Below are positions 8,907 through 17,128 of a stretch of DNA of 64,000 nt, piece after piece. Position 1 is the stretch's first letter, and every line of letters begins with the position of its first letter. Below the pieces are notes generated by a model. The model was not told the DNA's origin. It made no database searches and was given only the letters and a program-made list of their open reading frames with translations. Both the position numbers and the translations under genes were made by a program. The stretch comes from an uncultured bacterium (GTDB lineage Bacteria > Verrucomicrobiota > Lentisphaeria > Victivallales > UBA1829): positions 19,967 through 83,966 of the forward strand of contig URNX01000004.1 of NCBI GenBank assembly GCA_900549415.1, in the 5' to 3' direction.

Positions 8907-9641
8907 TCAGCGCAGTTCGGAGGTGTAATACCATTGCGCTTTCACCGTGTCGCTTCCGTGAACTCCGGTGTTGGAGAGGGCGGCCGTGTGACCGTCGTAA
9001 TAGAGCATGTTCAGCCGCTGCTGATGACGGTACGTGGCGCTGTTGTAGTGTCCGGATGCGCCGGTTTCGCCGTACTGCAGCCAGCGGGCGTAGTCGCTGT
9101 TGTCGTAATTCAGCAGAGCCGCCATGCCGTCCATGAACTGAAAGTGTTTGGAAGCGTTCCGCATTTTTGCCAGACGGAAGGTGAGAAGCGAACCATTTGT
9201 GTTGAGATCGGCGGCATTCGCTCCGGAGTTGATTCCGTAGCTGTGGTTGATCTGCAGTGAGGTTCCTTTCTTGGTCGGACAGCAGAGCGCGGCCCAGTTG
9301 AACACGGTCGGAGTTTTCTTCTTGACGTTCAGGTATGGCGGCATGGAATTCTGCCAGACACATTCGTCTCCGACTTTTGCTGCGGAAGAGAGGTTGATGA
9401 CATATCCGTCGTAGTCGTTTGAGTATGCCGCCGACGCCGTGCCGAACTGTTTGAGGTTGCTGAGACAGGAGATGGCGCGTCCTTTTTCTCTTGCCGAGTT
9501 CAGCGCGGGCAGGAGCATCCCGGCGAGGATCGCGATGATCGCGATCGTTACCAGGAGCTCTATGAGCGTAAATCTGCGGGATCCCCGCTTGAAATGAAAT
9601 ATGAAACGGGAAATGTTTCTTCTGTTCTGATGAGATTTCAT
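8907..9641 (-). CDS. Prepilin-type N-terminal domain / H-X9-DG family protein (pseudopilin-like), copy A
   Basis: The N-terminus is ...[39 protein letters not shown]. The C-terminal H-X9-DG motif is [12 protein letters not shown]. Confidence 0.85.
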   Translation of the reverse strand: MKSHQNRRNISRFIFHFKRGSRRFTLIELLVTIAIIAILAGMLLPALNSAREKGRAISCLSNLKQFGTASAAYSNDYDGYVINLSSAAKVGDECVWQNSMPPYLNVKKKTPTVFNWAALCCPTKKGTSLQINHSYGINSGANAADLNTNGSLLTFRLAKMRNASKHFQFMDGMAALLNYDNSDYARWLQYGETGASGHYNSATYRHQQRLNMLYYDGHTAALSNTGVHGSDTVKAQWYYTSELR

Positions 9642-9727
9642 AGTGTTGTTTTCCTTTCAATTCCTGTTTTTGTCTGATGTCTGTTCTGCCGTTCCGTTTG
9701 ATCTTTCTGAAATAAGGAATGTTATTT

Positions 9728-9762
9728 CATATTCCATATTCCATATTTCATATTTTCTATTT
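9728..9762. repeat. Tandem heptamer CATATT[C/T] x4 plus one degenerate copy
   Basis: catattc catattc catattt catattt tctattt read directly. The repeat abuts the GH38 stop codon (9764-9766). Confidence 0.8.
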
Positions 9763-9763
9763 C

Positions 9764-12271
9764 TCAATGCGTTCTCCTCCGTATGATTGTTTTTATTTCA
9801 AATGGTTTGAAAACGAGCGGGTTCTGCGCGGGGACGGGATTGCGTTCCATGAGATCTGTTTCGAGCCATTCGCCTTCGGGAAGCGCAAGCCGTTCCGGAA
9901 TGCCGCTGGTCTCGAACAGCCGGATTGCAATGTCATCCGACTCTTCCGCCGGCTTGACGGCGCAGCCGATGATTCCGGTTCCCGTGGTATCGGGAAGAGC
10001 GGAAACGGCAGGTTTGGTTTCTCCGGCGGCACAGCGTCCGATTCCGACCGGATAGAGCGGGGCGTTGAGTTCGAATCCGCATTGCGGAACGAGTCCGGGG
10101 CGAATCCGGTAGCGGCAGGTGTACTCTCCGTCGGGCGGACGCTGAAGCGCTTTCTGCGAGCCGTCGGGGAGAATTTCCACGCCGCCGCTGCAGTAGCCGA
10201 TTCCGCGGACCATGCAGGCGCGGACGGCATCTTTTTTGAATTCCCAGAGCCGGTGGTCGCATCCGATGGTGGTGAACTTTCCTTCCCGTCCGAAGGCGAT
10301 CCATTGTGCGGCGAGACGGAGATGTTCGATTTCGTGATCCGGCTGGTTCCCGCGCTCCGGAGTGACAATGTCGCTGAAGTTGAGTCCGGCTTTGTAAACC
10401 GTGTCGGGATAGCGGACTTTGCCGAAGGGAACACCGTATTCGATTTCATGCGGTTCCGCATCGGGATAGGGAAAACTCTGGACAAGGCGGACGTAATTTC
10501 CGCATTCCCAGTGAACCGTGTTTTCAATTTCGAGTTCGGGGAGCCCTGCGGGAAGGGTTATTTTCTGTTCAAACGGCAATCCGTACACGGATCCGCGGAT
10601 GACGAAGCGGCAGACGACGGGTGTGTGTTCCGCGATTTCAATGCTGTTCGCAACTGCGGGGACGACGCGTCCGGTGCGCGGCATGTTGCAGATGTAGTCG
10701 CCCCGTATCTCTTCGATTCCGGAAATTTCGGCGTCGCGGAAGAGACAGCGTTCCTCCTGCTTGCTGAAGAGGGAGAGCCGCCCGGTTGCGCGGTCGATTT
10801 CCAGACGCAGGAATTCGTTTTCCGCAGAGAGCTTTCCGAGCGGCTGATTCGCCCAGTTCCGTTCCGTGTCCTTGCTGTCGGCAATGACAAACGGGTCGGG
10901 CTGCCGCGCCGGCTTTGCCAGTTCAAGATAATAGGCGCGCGGGGCGAACGCGGGAACTTCCGCTTTGAATTCGACTTCAAAGGAGTCGGCGGAGCCGTGG
11001 AGCCAGCGCACGAGACGGAACGGAATTTCGTTTCCGGCGTCGTCGACGACCCGGTAATTCTGCGCATGGAGTTCCGGATGGCGGATGATGCCGGGACCGT
11101 AGACCGAAGTTCTTGCGCGAACCAGTTCGGAACGTTTCCAGGAGAGGCGGTTGAAGATGACCATCGGGAAGCAGTTTTTGCGCGGTGCTGTTGTTCGGGC
11201 GGCGATCCGCATCGCCAGTTCCCTTGCCGTGCGTTCCGCGGTGAGCCGGGCGAAACGTTTGAGATCGAGTTTTTCCCGGTCGGCGGGCTCTCCTCCGGTT
11301 CCGTTCTGGTTGTGATCCATGGCGTCAAGCAGAGCGTCCCATGCTGTTTTCATCCGTTCGCGCGGGAAGAACTGCGGATTGAGCGCGCCGAAGAATTCCG
11401 CCTGCAGCATGGCGTTTTCGGCGGGAAGGTCGAGCGGCCAGAGATCCGGCCAGCTGCTTTCGACGTTGGGCCAGAGCGACGGGATTTCACCGCTGACCTG
11501 CCGTGCGTTTGCGGGGAACTCCCGCGAAAAATACTTTGCCGGCGTCAGAAAATGGAACGGGCGGTGTCCCTCCTCATTCCAGCGGCGGAAGTTTTCGACG
11601 GCGTTTTCATTGAGAAGATAGAGATCGGTTCCGAACTGGCAGAGCTGGGGATAATCGACACCGCCGAAAATTTCTTCGATTTCTTTTTCGTTTTCGCACA
11701 TCTGCGCATAGTCTGCCGCGTCATGGAAGAGACGGCGGCAGCGTCCGTAGTGAATCGGCGCATAGGCCTTGATGCCGGTTCCGTCCGGAGCGATGTAAAG
11801 AATGCGGTCGGTGTGCGGCGGGAGCCCGTGGGAGAGGAACAGTCCGGAGAATCCGGATTTTGCGGCGATCTGCGGCATCTGCGGCGTGATTCCGGGAATG
11901 TCGGAAAGCGTGGCGGTTTTGCCGGAAGCCCCGAAAAATTTTTCGCAGAACTTGCGTCCGCTGAGAAAGTTGCGGACGATGGTTTCGCCGGAGGGCAGCT
12001 GTGTGTAGAGAATGGCGCGCATGGGAATGACTTCGAGACGTCCTTCTGATTCGAACTTCCGGAGCTTTTCACACTCTTCCGGACAGGCGTCGGCGAAATA
12101 TTCGAGGAAGTTCACGGCTTCGATCATGAAATGGAAGCTGCTGTGTTTTTCCAGAAGCCTCAGTGCGTTCTGGATGATTTCCGCACCTCGCGAAAGACAC
12201 TCTTCGCGGGAGCCTGCCCAGAAGAGGTCGAGATGCGCAAACGGTATGATGAAAACTGCTTTTTTCTGCAT
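9764..12271 (-). CDS. Glycoside hydrolase family 38 (alpha-mannosidase-like)
   Basis: 835 aa. The N-terminus FIIPFAHLDLFWAG matches the GH38 HxDxxW metal-site block. No signal peptide. Confidence 0.75.
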   Translation of the reverse strand: MQKKAVFIIPFAHLDLFWAGSREECLSRGAEIIQNALRLLEKHSSFHFMIEAVNFLEYFADACPEECEKLRKFESEGRLEVIPMRAILYTQLPSGETIVRNFLSGRKFCEKFFGASGKTATLSDIPGITPQMPQIAAKSGFSGLFLSHGLPPHTDRILYIAPDGTGIKAYAPIHYGRCRRLFHDAADYAQMCENEKEIEEIFGGVDYPQLCQFGTDLYLLNENAVENFRRWNEEGHRPFHFLTPAKYFSREFPANARQVSGEIPSLWPNVESSWPDLWPLDLPAENAMLQAEFFGALNPQFFPRERMKTAWDALLDAMDHNQNGTGGEPADREKLDLKRFARLTAERTARELAMRIAARTTAPRKNCFPMVIFNRLSWKRSELVRARTSVYGPGIIRHPELHAQNYRVVDDAGNEIPFRLVRWLHGSADSFEVEFKAEVPAFAPRAYYLELAKPARQPDPFVIADSKDTERNWANQPLGKLSAENEFLRLEIDRATGRLSLFSKQEERCLFRDAEISGIEEIRGDYICNMPRTGRVVPAVANSIEIAEHTPVVCRFVIRGSVYGLPFEQKITLPAGLPELEIENTVHWECGNYVRLVQSFPYPDAEPHEIEYGVPFGKVRYPDTVYKAGLNFSDIVTPERGNQPDHEIEHLRLAAQWIAFGREGKFTTIGCDHRLWEFKKDAVRACMVRGIGYCSGGVEILPDGSQKALQRPPDGEYTCRYRIRPGLVPQCGFELNAPLYPVGIGRCAAGETKPAVSALPDTTGTGIIGCAVKPAEESDDIAIRLFETSGIPERLALPEGEWLETDLMERNPVPAQNPLVFKPFEIKTIIRRRTH

Positions 12272-12382
12272 ATCTGTTCCTTTGCATTTTTGTTTCCGGA
12301 AATAAGATATGCAGAGAAAAAAGAATTTGCAAGTTTTCGCGTTTTGCTTCTCTCTTTATGGTGCAGAACGCTTTTATGCCGC

Positions 12383-13114
12383 TCAGTAGTGTCTGGAAAT
12401 CTGTGCGGCGAGCGCACAGAGCAGCCGGGAGATTTCGGGCGTGCAGGAGGCGTGCGGCATGAAGGAGCCGAGACAGCCGATGGTTTCGCCTTCGAAGGAA
12501 ACGGGACAGCAGATGACCGTCTTGTCAATTTTCCGGTTTTCCAGGACGGTGCATTCTTCCTGAGCGATCTGCTTCATCTTTTCGAGGAACTCTGTTTCGC
12601 TGATTTCTCCCCAGAATGAGGGGAGGGGATATTTGCGGCAGAACTTCAGCTGTTTTGCGCGGCTTGCTCGGGCGACGAGACAGATGCCGGAAAGGGAGTC
12701 GAACGGGTTCTCTTCGGTCGGGAAGTGCCAGCGCAGCCCCGGATCCGCCTCTTTTGCCCGGATGCGGCAGACGATGTGCTTGTAGTATCCGCGGAGGACG
12801 GAGAAGCTGATGTATTCGCCGACGGTTTCCGCGTATTTTTTCAGATACGGCTGGACGAGCGGCCGGAGATCGTCGAATTCCCGGTAGCCGCCGGAGAGCT
12901 GAAGAAATTTTTCTCCGAGAACATAGCCGCTTTTTCTGCCGACGTTTTCGAGATAGCCGAGCACGGTCATTGTGCGGACAATTTTGGAAAGAGTCTGTAT
13001 TTTGAGTCCGGTCTCTTTCGCCAGTTCCCCGACGGTGTGGGGGCGGCTGGTGTCCAGTGCGATTCCTTCAAGGATTTTGAATGCGCGTTCAATCACCTGT
13101 ATTCTGTCGTTCAT
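12383..13114 (-). CDS. IclR family transcriptional regulator
   Basis: N-terminal wHTH (VIERAFKILEGIA...HTVGELAKETGLKIQTLSKIVRTMTVLGYL) and an IclR-type effector domain. Confidence 0.85.
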   Translation of the reverse strand: MNDRIQVIERAFKILEGIALDTSRPHTVGELAKETGLKIQTLSKIVRTMTVLGYLENVGRKSGYVLGEKFLQLSGGYREFDDLRPLVQPYLKKYAETVGEYISFSVLRGYYKHIVCRIRAKEADPGLRWHFPTEENPFDSLSGICLVARASRAKQLKFCRKYPLPSFWGEISETEFLEKMKQIAQEECTVLENRKIDKTVICCPVSFEGETIGCLGSFMPHASCTPEISRLLCALAAQISRHY

Positions 13115-13224
13115 GATGTCCCTCCTTTTGCCGTTACAATAAATGCCGTCTGCGGAATTTCAATCGAAAGAGAAAAGATTCTCCACAATAAGCGGAAAAC
13201 GGAGCGCACGGCGGGAAAGAGTTC

Positions 13225-13253
13225 TTGACAACTTCCGGATTTCATGCAAGATT
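13225..13253 (+). promoter_or_regulatory. Candidate sigma70-like promoter for the heparinase-like gene
   Basis: TTGACA (13225-13230), N17, then AAGATT (13248-13253), about 37 nt upstream of the ATG at 13290. The -10 is weak. Confidence 0.3.
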
Positions 13254-13289
13254 ATTCCCGGCAACGTCAACCCAAAGAAGGAACTGACC

Positions 13290-15302
13290 ATGAGACATTC
13301 CGTTCACCGATCCGCAGCATTTCTGCTGCTGCTGACTCTCCTGACTTCCGGTCTGTGCGCCGGAGAAAAACTCCTGCTCGGAATCTATCCCGACATGCGG
13401 ACTTTCAAGCTGGAGCGCCCCGTCGGCTTCCAGCCTCTGAAGATGAGCGACCTGAAGGTCAATCCCGACCGCATCCGCGCCCTCGGCGAATTGCGCGCCG
13501 TCCCGTATACCACGGAGCAGCTGGTTCAGGCGGCGAACTTTTTCCGTGATGTTCCAGCCGGACGCGACACGTGGCGGCGCCAGAATACCGCGCATGTCCT
13601 GAAATATGTCAATTCCTGGAGTCTTCCGCCTGCGAATCTCCCCGCGTACCAGCTCCGCTGGCTGGGGCTGGAGCGCATCGCGGAGACCTGGCTCTTCACG
13701 GGGAACCCGCAGATCGGGAAATTCGTGCACGATTACGCCGTTCACGGCATGACGCTCGACCGCTGGTTCTGGATGGGACAGACCTATCGGAACTGGCTGA
13801 AAGACGACGTCAAGAAGCGTTATGCCGACCTCAACACGCTTCCGTTCGCCCGGATTCTGAACCTCCTGCTCATCCGCTGCCGCGACCTCTTCTCCGCGGA
13901 GGAAATCGCGCGGATGGAGGCGAAGTACCGCGAGTTCGTTCTGGAATCCGCATACGAGGATCTTCAGCGGCGCCGGAAGTGGCAGGCGAACAACTGGACC
14001 GCCATTCTGAGCGGAGCTCTGCTGCTTTCCGCAAAGTATTTCAACGATACGGAAAAAGCCGCTTTCGCCGTGGAGACTCTGACTAACTACTTCCAGTCCA
14101 GTTTTGAGCCTGACGGAAGCTACGGCGAGGGGGTCGGATACGCCGGATACGCGATGAGCGTTCTTCCGGACGTCCTGCCGTACCTGACCGCGGCGGAGCG
14201 CGAAACGCTTTTCCGGACCTCTCCGCTGCATCTCGTGACGCGCTGGATGGTGCATCATGATTTCTGCAATCCGGAAAAATATGCGCGGATCGCCTTCTGT
14301 GACGACAACAGTTTTGCTCTGCCCCCGGTCGCTGTGATGTACGCGCTTGCGCTGGAATCCGGCGATTCCGCGGCGGCGTATCTCGGTTCGCGCACCAAAT
14401 GGCGCACGCCGTGGTGGAACTGGAATGCGGCAAGCTATCTGCTCGGCAATGGAAAAAATCCGGAAGTGAAGAGTCCGGAAGCTCTGAATCTGTCGCTGAC
14501 CGCGCAGTTCGCTTCCGGAGAACTGATTGCGCGTTCCGGCTGGAAGGCGGGCGACACCGTGTTCGGCTGTTACTTCAACGTCCCGACCAAAGTGAGTGCG
14601 CACAAACGCCGCGAGAGCGGCAATTTCGTGCTCGGATACAACGGCTTCCCGATAGTGGTTCATTCCGGCAACACCAACCTGTACCGCCGCCCGATTCATC
14701 AGCTCTCCATCCGGACCTCCGCCGCGAACACCGTGACCGTCGACGGCGCTGATCAGCTCCCGGTGAAACAGCAGAACTGCGCGACGCTGGAATTCCGCGA
14801 TGAACCGGAGCTGCTTCTGCTCCGCAAGGATATGCGCTCCGCTTATTCCCAGCCGATGAAAACGATGATCCGCACATTCGCCTGGCTCAAAAAACAGAAC
14901 CGGCTGGTTGTGATGGACCAGATGAGCGCCGAAAAGGGAACGTTTGAGTTCCGCGCTCATCTTCACCTCAACAACATGCGTCATGATGCTTCACTGAAAA
15001 AACTGACGGAGAAGAGTTTTCATTACGTCCACCCGAAAGCGGAACTCCGGATTCAGACGAATGCTCCGTGCACGGTTTCCAGCGGTTATACGGTTTCGGA
15101 CATCGGAAGCATCTGGAATGAGAAGCTCCAGCAGGCGGAAGCCGACAAGGGCAATGCCTTCGTCCTTTCGTACGGTCCCGCGGGAAAATGCGCTTCCGCC
15201 GCATTTTTTGCTGTGCTCGGCAAAAATGCCGCATCCGTCAAGGAGTCGCCGGAAGGAGTGACGGTCGACGGCGTGCTGATTCCATGGTATTCCGGAAAGT
15301 GA
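13290..15302 (+). CDS. Heparinase II/III-like polysaccharide lyase family protein, secreted
   Basis: Signal peptide MRHSVHRSAAFLLLLTLLTSGLCAG. The C-terminal block HKRRESGNFVLGYNGFPIVVHSG...SAANTVTVDG is typical of the Hepar_II_III domain. Confidence 0.7.
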   Translation: MRHSVHRSAAFLLLLTLLTSGLCAGEKLLLGIYPDMRTFKLERPVGFQPLKMSDLKVNPDRIRALGELRAVPYTTEQLVQAANFFRDVPAGRDTWRRQNTAHVLKYVNSWSLPPANLPAYQLRWLGLERIAETWLFTGNPQIGKFVHDYAVHGMTLDRWFWMGQTYRNWLKDDVKKRYADLNTLPFARILNLLLIRCRDLFSAEEIARMEAKYREFVLESAYEDLQRRRKWQANNWTAILSGALLLSAKYFNDTEKAAFAVETLTNYFQSSFEPDGSYGEGVGYAGYAMSVLPDVLPYLTAAERETLFRTSPLHLVTRWMVHHDFCNPEKYARIAFCDDNSFALPPVAVMYALALESGDSAAAYLGSRTKWRTPWWNWNAASYLLGNGKNPEVKSPEALNLSLTAQFASGELIARSGWKAGDTVFGCYFNVPTKVSAHKRRESGNFVLGYNGFPIVVHSGNTNLYRRPIHQLSIRTSAANTVTVDGADQLPVKQQNCATLEFRDEPELLLLRKDMRSAYSQPMKTMIRTFAWLKKQNRLVVMDQMSAEKGTFEFRAHLHLNNMRHDASLKKLTEKSFHYVHPKAELRIQTNAPCTVSSGYTVSDIGSIWNEKLQQAEADKGNAFVLSYGPAGKCASAAFFAVLGKNAASVKESPEGVTVDGVLIPWYSGK

Positions 15303-15309
15303 GGGAATT

Positions 15310-15984
15310 ATGACGTCTGCCATTCTGATTGCCGGAGATTCCATCGCCGCAACGTACCCCGCGGAACATGTTCCCATGACCGGATGGGGACAGGTCCTCG
15401 GGGAGTTGACGCGTCCGGAAATCCGCGTCGTCAACTTCGCTTCGCCCGGACGGAGTACGAAGAGCTTCCGCACGCAGGGACGCTGGGATGCTCTGCTTGG
15501 AGCTCTGCGGAAGGATGATTTTGTTCTGATTCAGTTTGGACACAATGATCAGAAATCGGATATTCCGTATGATTACGCTGATGAAAACGCCTATTGCGCG
15601 AATCTGAAACGTTTCATTTCCGAAGTCCGTGCGAAGGAGGCGTTCCCCGTCCTGCTGACATCGGTTGCGCGCCGCAAGTTCGATGAACACGGCGCTCTGC
15701 TTCAGACCCTCGGAGTATATCCGGAGCTGATGCGCGGAACCGCAGAGGAGACGGACGTCCCGCTGATTGATCTGAACTCCATGACGACGGACTGGCTGAC
15801 GCGGATCGGCGCGGAGGCTTCAGGCGAGTATTTCATGCATGTCCCTCCGGGAGTCTATCCCGACTGGATGGAGGGGGCGGCGGACGACACGCATTTCCGT
15901 GAAAAAGGTGCGCGCCTTATTGCCGGGATGATTGCGGAAGATGCGAAGCGTCGGCAGCTTCCGCTTGCTGAGTGTTTCCGCTGA
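15310..15984 (+). CDS. SGNH/GDSL hydrolase, rhamnogalacturonan acetylesterase-like
   Basis: Block I IAGDSIAA, block III FGHNDQ and block V DDTHF. Confidence 0.75.
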   Translation: MTSAILIAGDSIAATYPAEHVPMTGWGQVLGELTRPEIRVVNFASPGRSTKSFRTQGRWDALLGALRKDDFVLIQFGHNDQKSDIPYDYADENAYCANLKRFISEVRAKEAFPVLLTSVARRKFDEHGALLQTLGVYPELMRGTAEETDVPLIDLNSMTTDWLTRIGAEASGEYFMHVPPGVYPDWMEGAADDTHFREKGARLIAGMIAEDAKRRQLPLAECFR

Positions 15985-16180
15985 GCTCTGCCGATGTGCA
16001 GAAACTGAATTCGATTCCCTTGCGCTTCCGGACTTGCGCGGATGCGGATTCCCGGTCAGAATCATCTCCGGTGTGCTTGACGCCCGCGGGTTCTGCACGG
16101 GAAAAACGGAAGAACTTCTCCGCAGACGCTGGAAAAAATAACCGGACGTGGTATGTTTCGTTAAAAACGGAGAATTCAGA

Positions 16181-17128
16181 ATGAAAACAATATTCGTCAT
16201 GGGTGCGAATCCCGCGTGGCAGAAGACGCTTGTCTTTCAGAATTTGAAAACGGGCGCAGTGAACCGCGCGGTCTCGATGGAGGTTTATCCCGCGGGGAAG
16301 GGCGTGAATGTCTGTCGCGCCGCCGCATGTTTCGGAACGGCGGAAACGCGTCTGTTTCAATTCGCCGGAGGTGCAACCGGACAACGGCTTTGCGCGGCTC
16401 TCGATGAACTCGGAATCCGGCATGAAACAGTTGAAACCCGGCATGAGACCCGCACTTGCGTGACGTGTCTGGATTGTGCGGAAGGGAGTATGACCGAACT
16501 GATCGAACCCTCAGGCGCTGTTTCGGAGACGGAGGCGGAAAAATTTTTGCAGATATTGAAAGCGCACATTTGCGAAGCGTCGGTTTTTGTGATTTCGGGA
16601 AGTCTGCCGGATGGAACAGATCCCTCACTTTACAGACGCGTCGCGGAAATCGCGGTTGCCGCAGGAGTTCCCGTGATCGCGGATGCGGTGAAGGGGATCG
16701 AAGCTGTATTGGAACTTCCCGGACGCATCATCTTGAAAGTCAACCGCGAAGAGTTTTTCAAAATTACCGGCTGCTCTGAGATCAAGTCGGCGCACCGGAC
16801 GGCGGCGGAACGCTGGAAAAATGTTTCTTTCGCCGTTACGAATGGTCCGGACGCGGCGACTTTTTCCGGCGGCGGGCGGCTTTTCCGTTATGCGATTCCG
16901 CGTCTGGAGCATGTGATCAGCCCGCTTGGCGCGGGGGATACGGCGACAGCTGTTTTCGCATCATGTCTGCTTGACGGAATGGCGGAGGCGGAAGCGTTCC
17001 GCGTCGCGCTTTCGGCGGCGTCCGCAAACTGTCTTTCCGCCCGGGCGGGAGAGTTCGACCCGGTGGAACAGCGGAAAATTCTGGAGAATTTGCGCTGTTC
17101 GGACACCGGGTCTCTCTCTGTTATCTGA
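16181..17128 (+). CDS. PfkB-family sugar kinase (1-phosphofructokinase/tagatose-6-phosphate kinase type)
   Basis: NPAWQKTL...YPAGKGVNV N-terminal block and the GAGDT motif. I prefer the ATG at 16181 (MKTIFV). Confidence 0.8.
   Translation: MKTIFVMGANPAWQKTLVFQNLKTGAVNRAVSMEVYPAGKGVNVCRAAACFGTAETRLFQFAGGATGQRLCAALDELGIRHETVETRHETRTCVTCLDCAEGSMTELIEPSGAVSETEAEKFLQILKAHICEASVFVISGSLPDGTDPSLYRRVAEIAVAAGVPVIADAVKGIEAVLELPGRIILKVNREEFFKITGCSEIKSAHRTAAERWKNVSFAVTNGPDAATFSGGGRLFRYAIPRLEHVISPLGAGDTATAVFASCLLDGMAEAEAFRVALSAASANCLSARAGEFDPVEQRKILENLRCSDTGSLSVI

Noticed and set aside
9719-12049. 776-aa ORF on the + strand opposite the GH38 gene
   Set aside because: This is a shadow ORF typical of high-GC DNA. 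It lies entirely antisense to a gene with clear GH38 motifs. It is rich in G/A/R/E/F with no recognisable motif and no plausible RBS context.
13242-14984. 580-aa minus-strand ORF
   Set aside because: It is antisense to the heparinase II/III-like gene, which has a signal peptide and a conserved C-terminal block. The antisense product has no motif.
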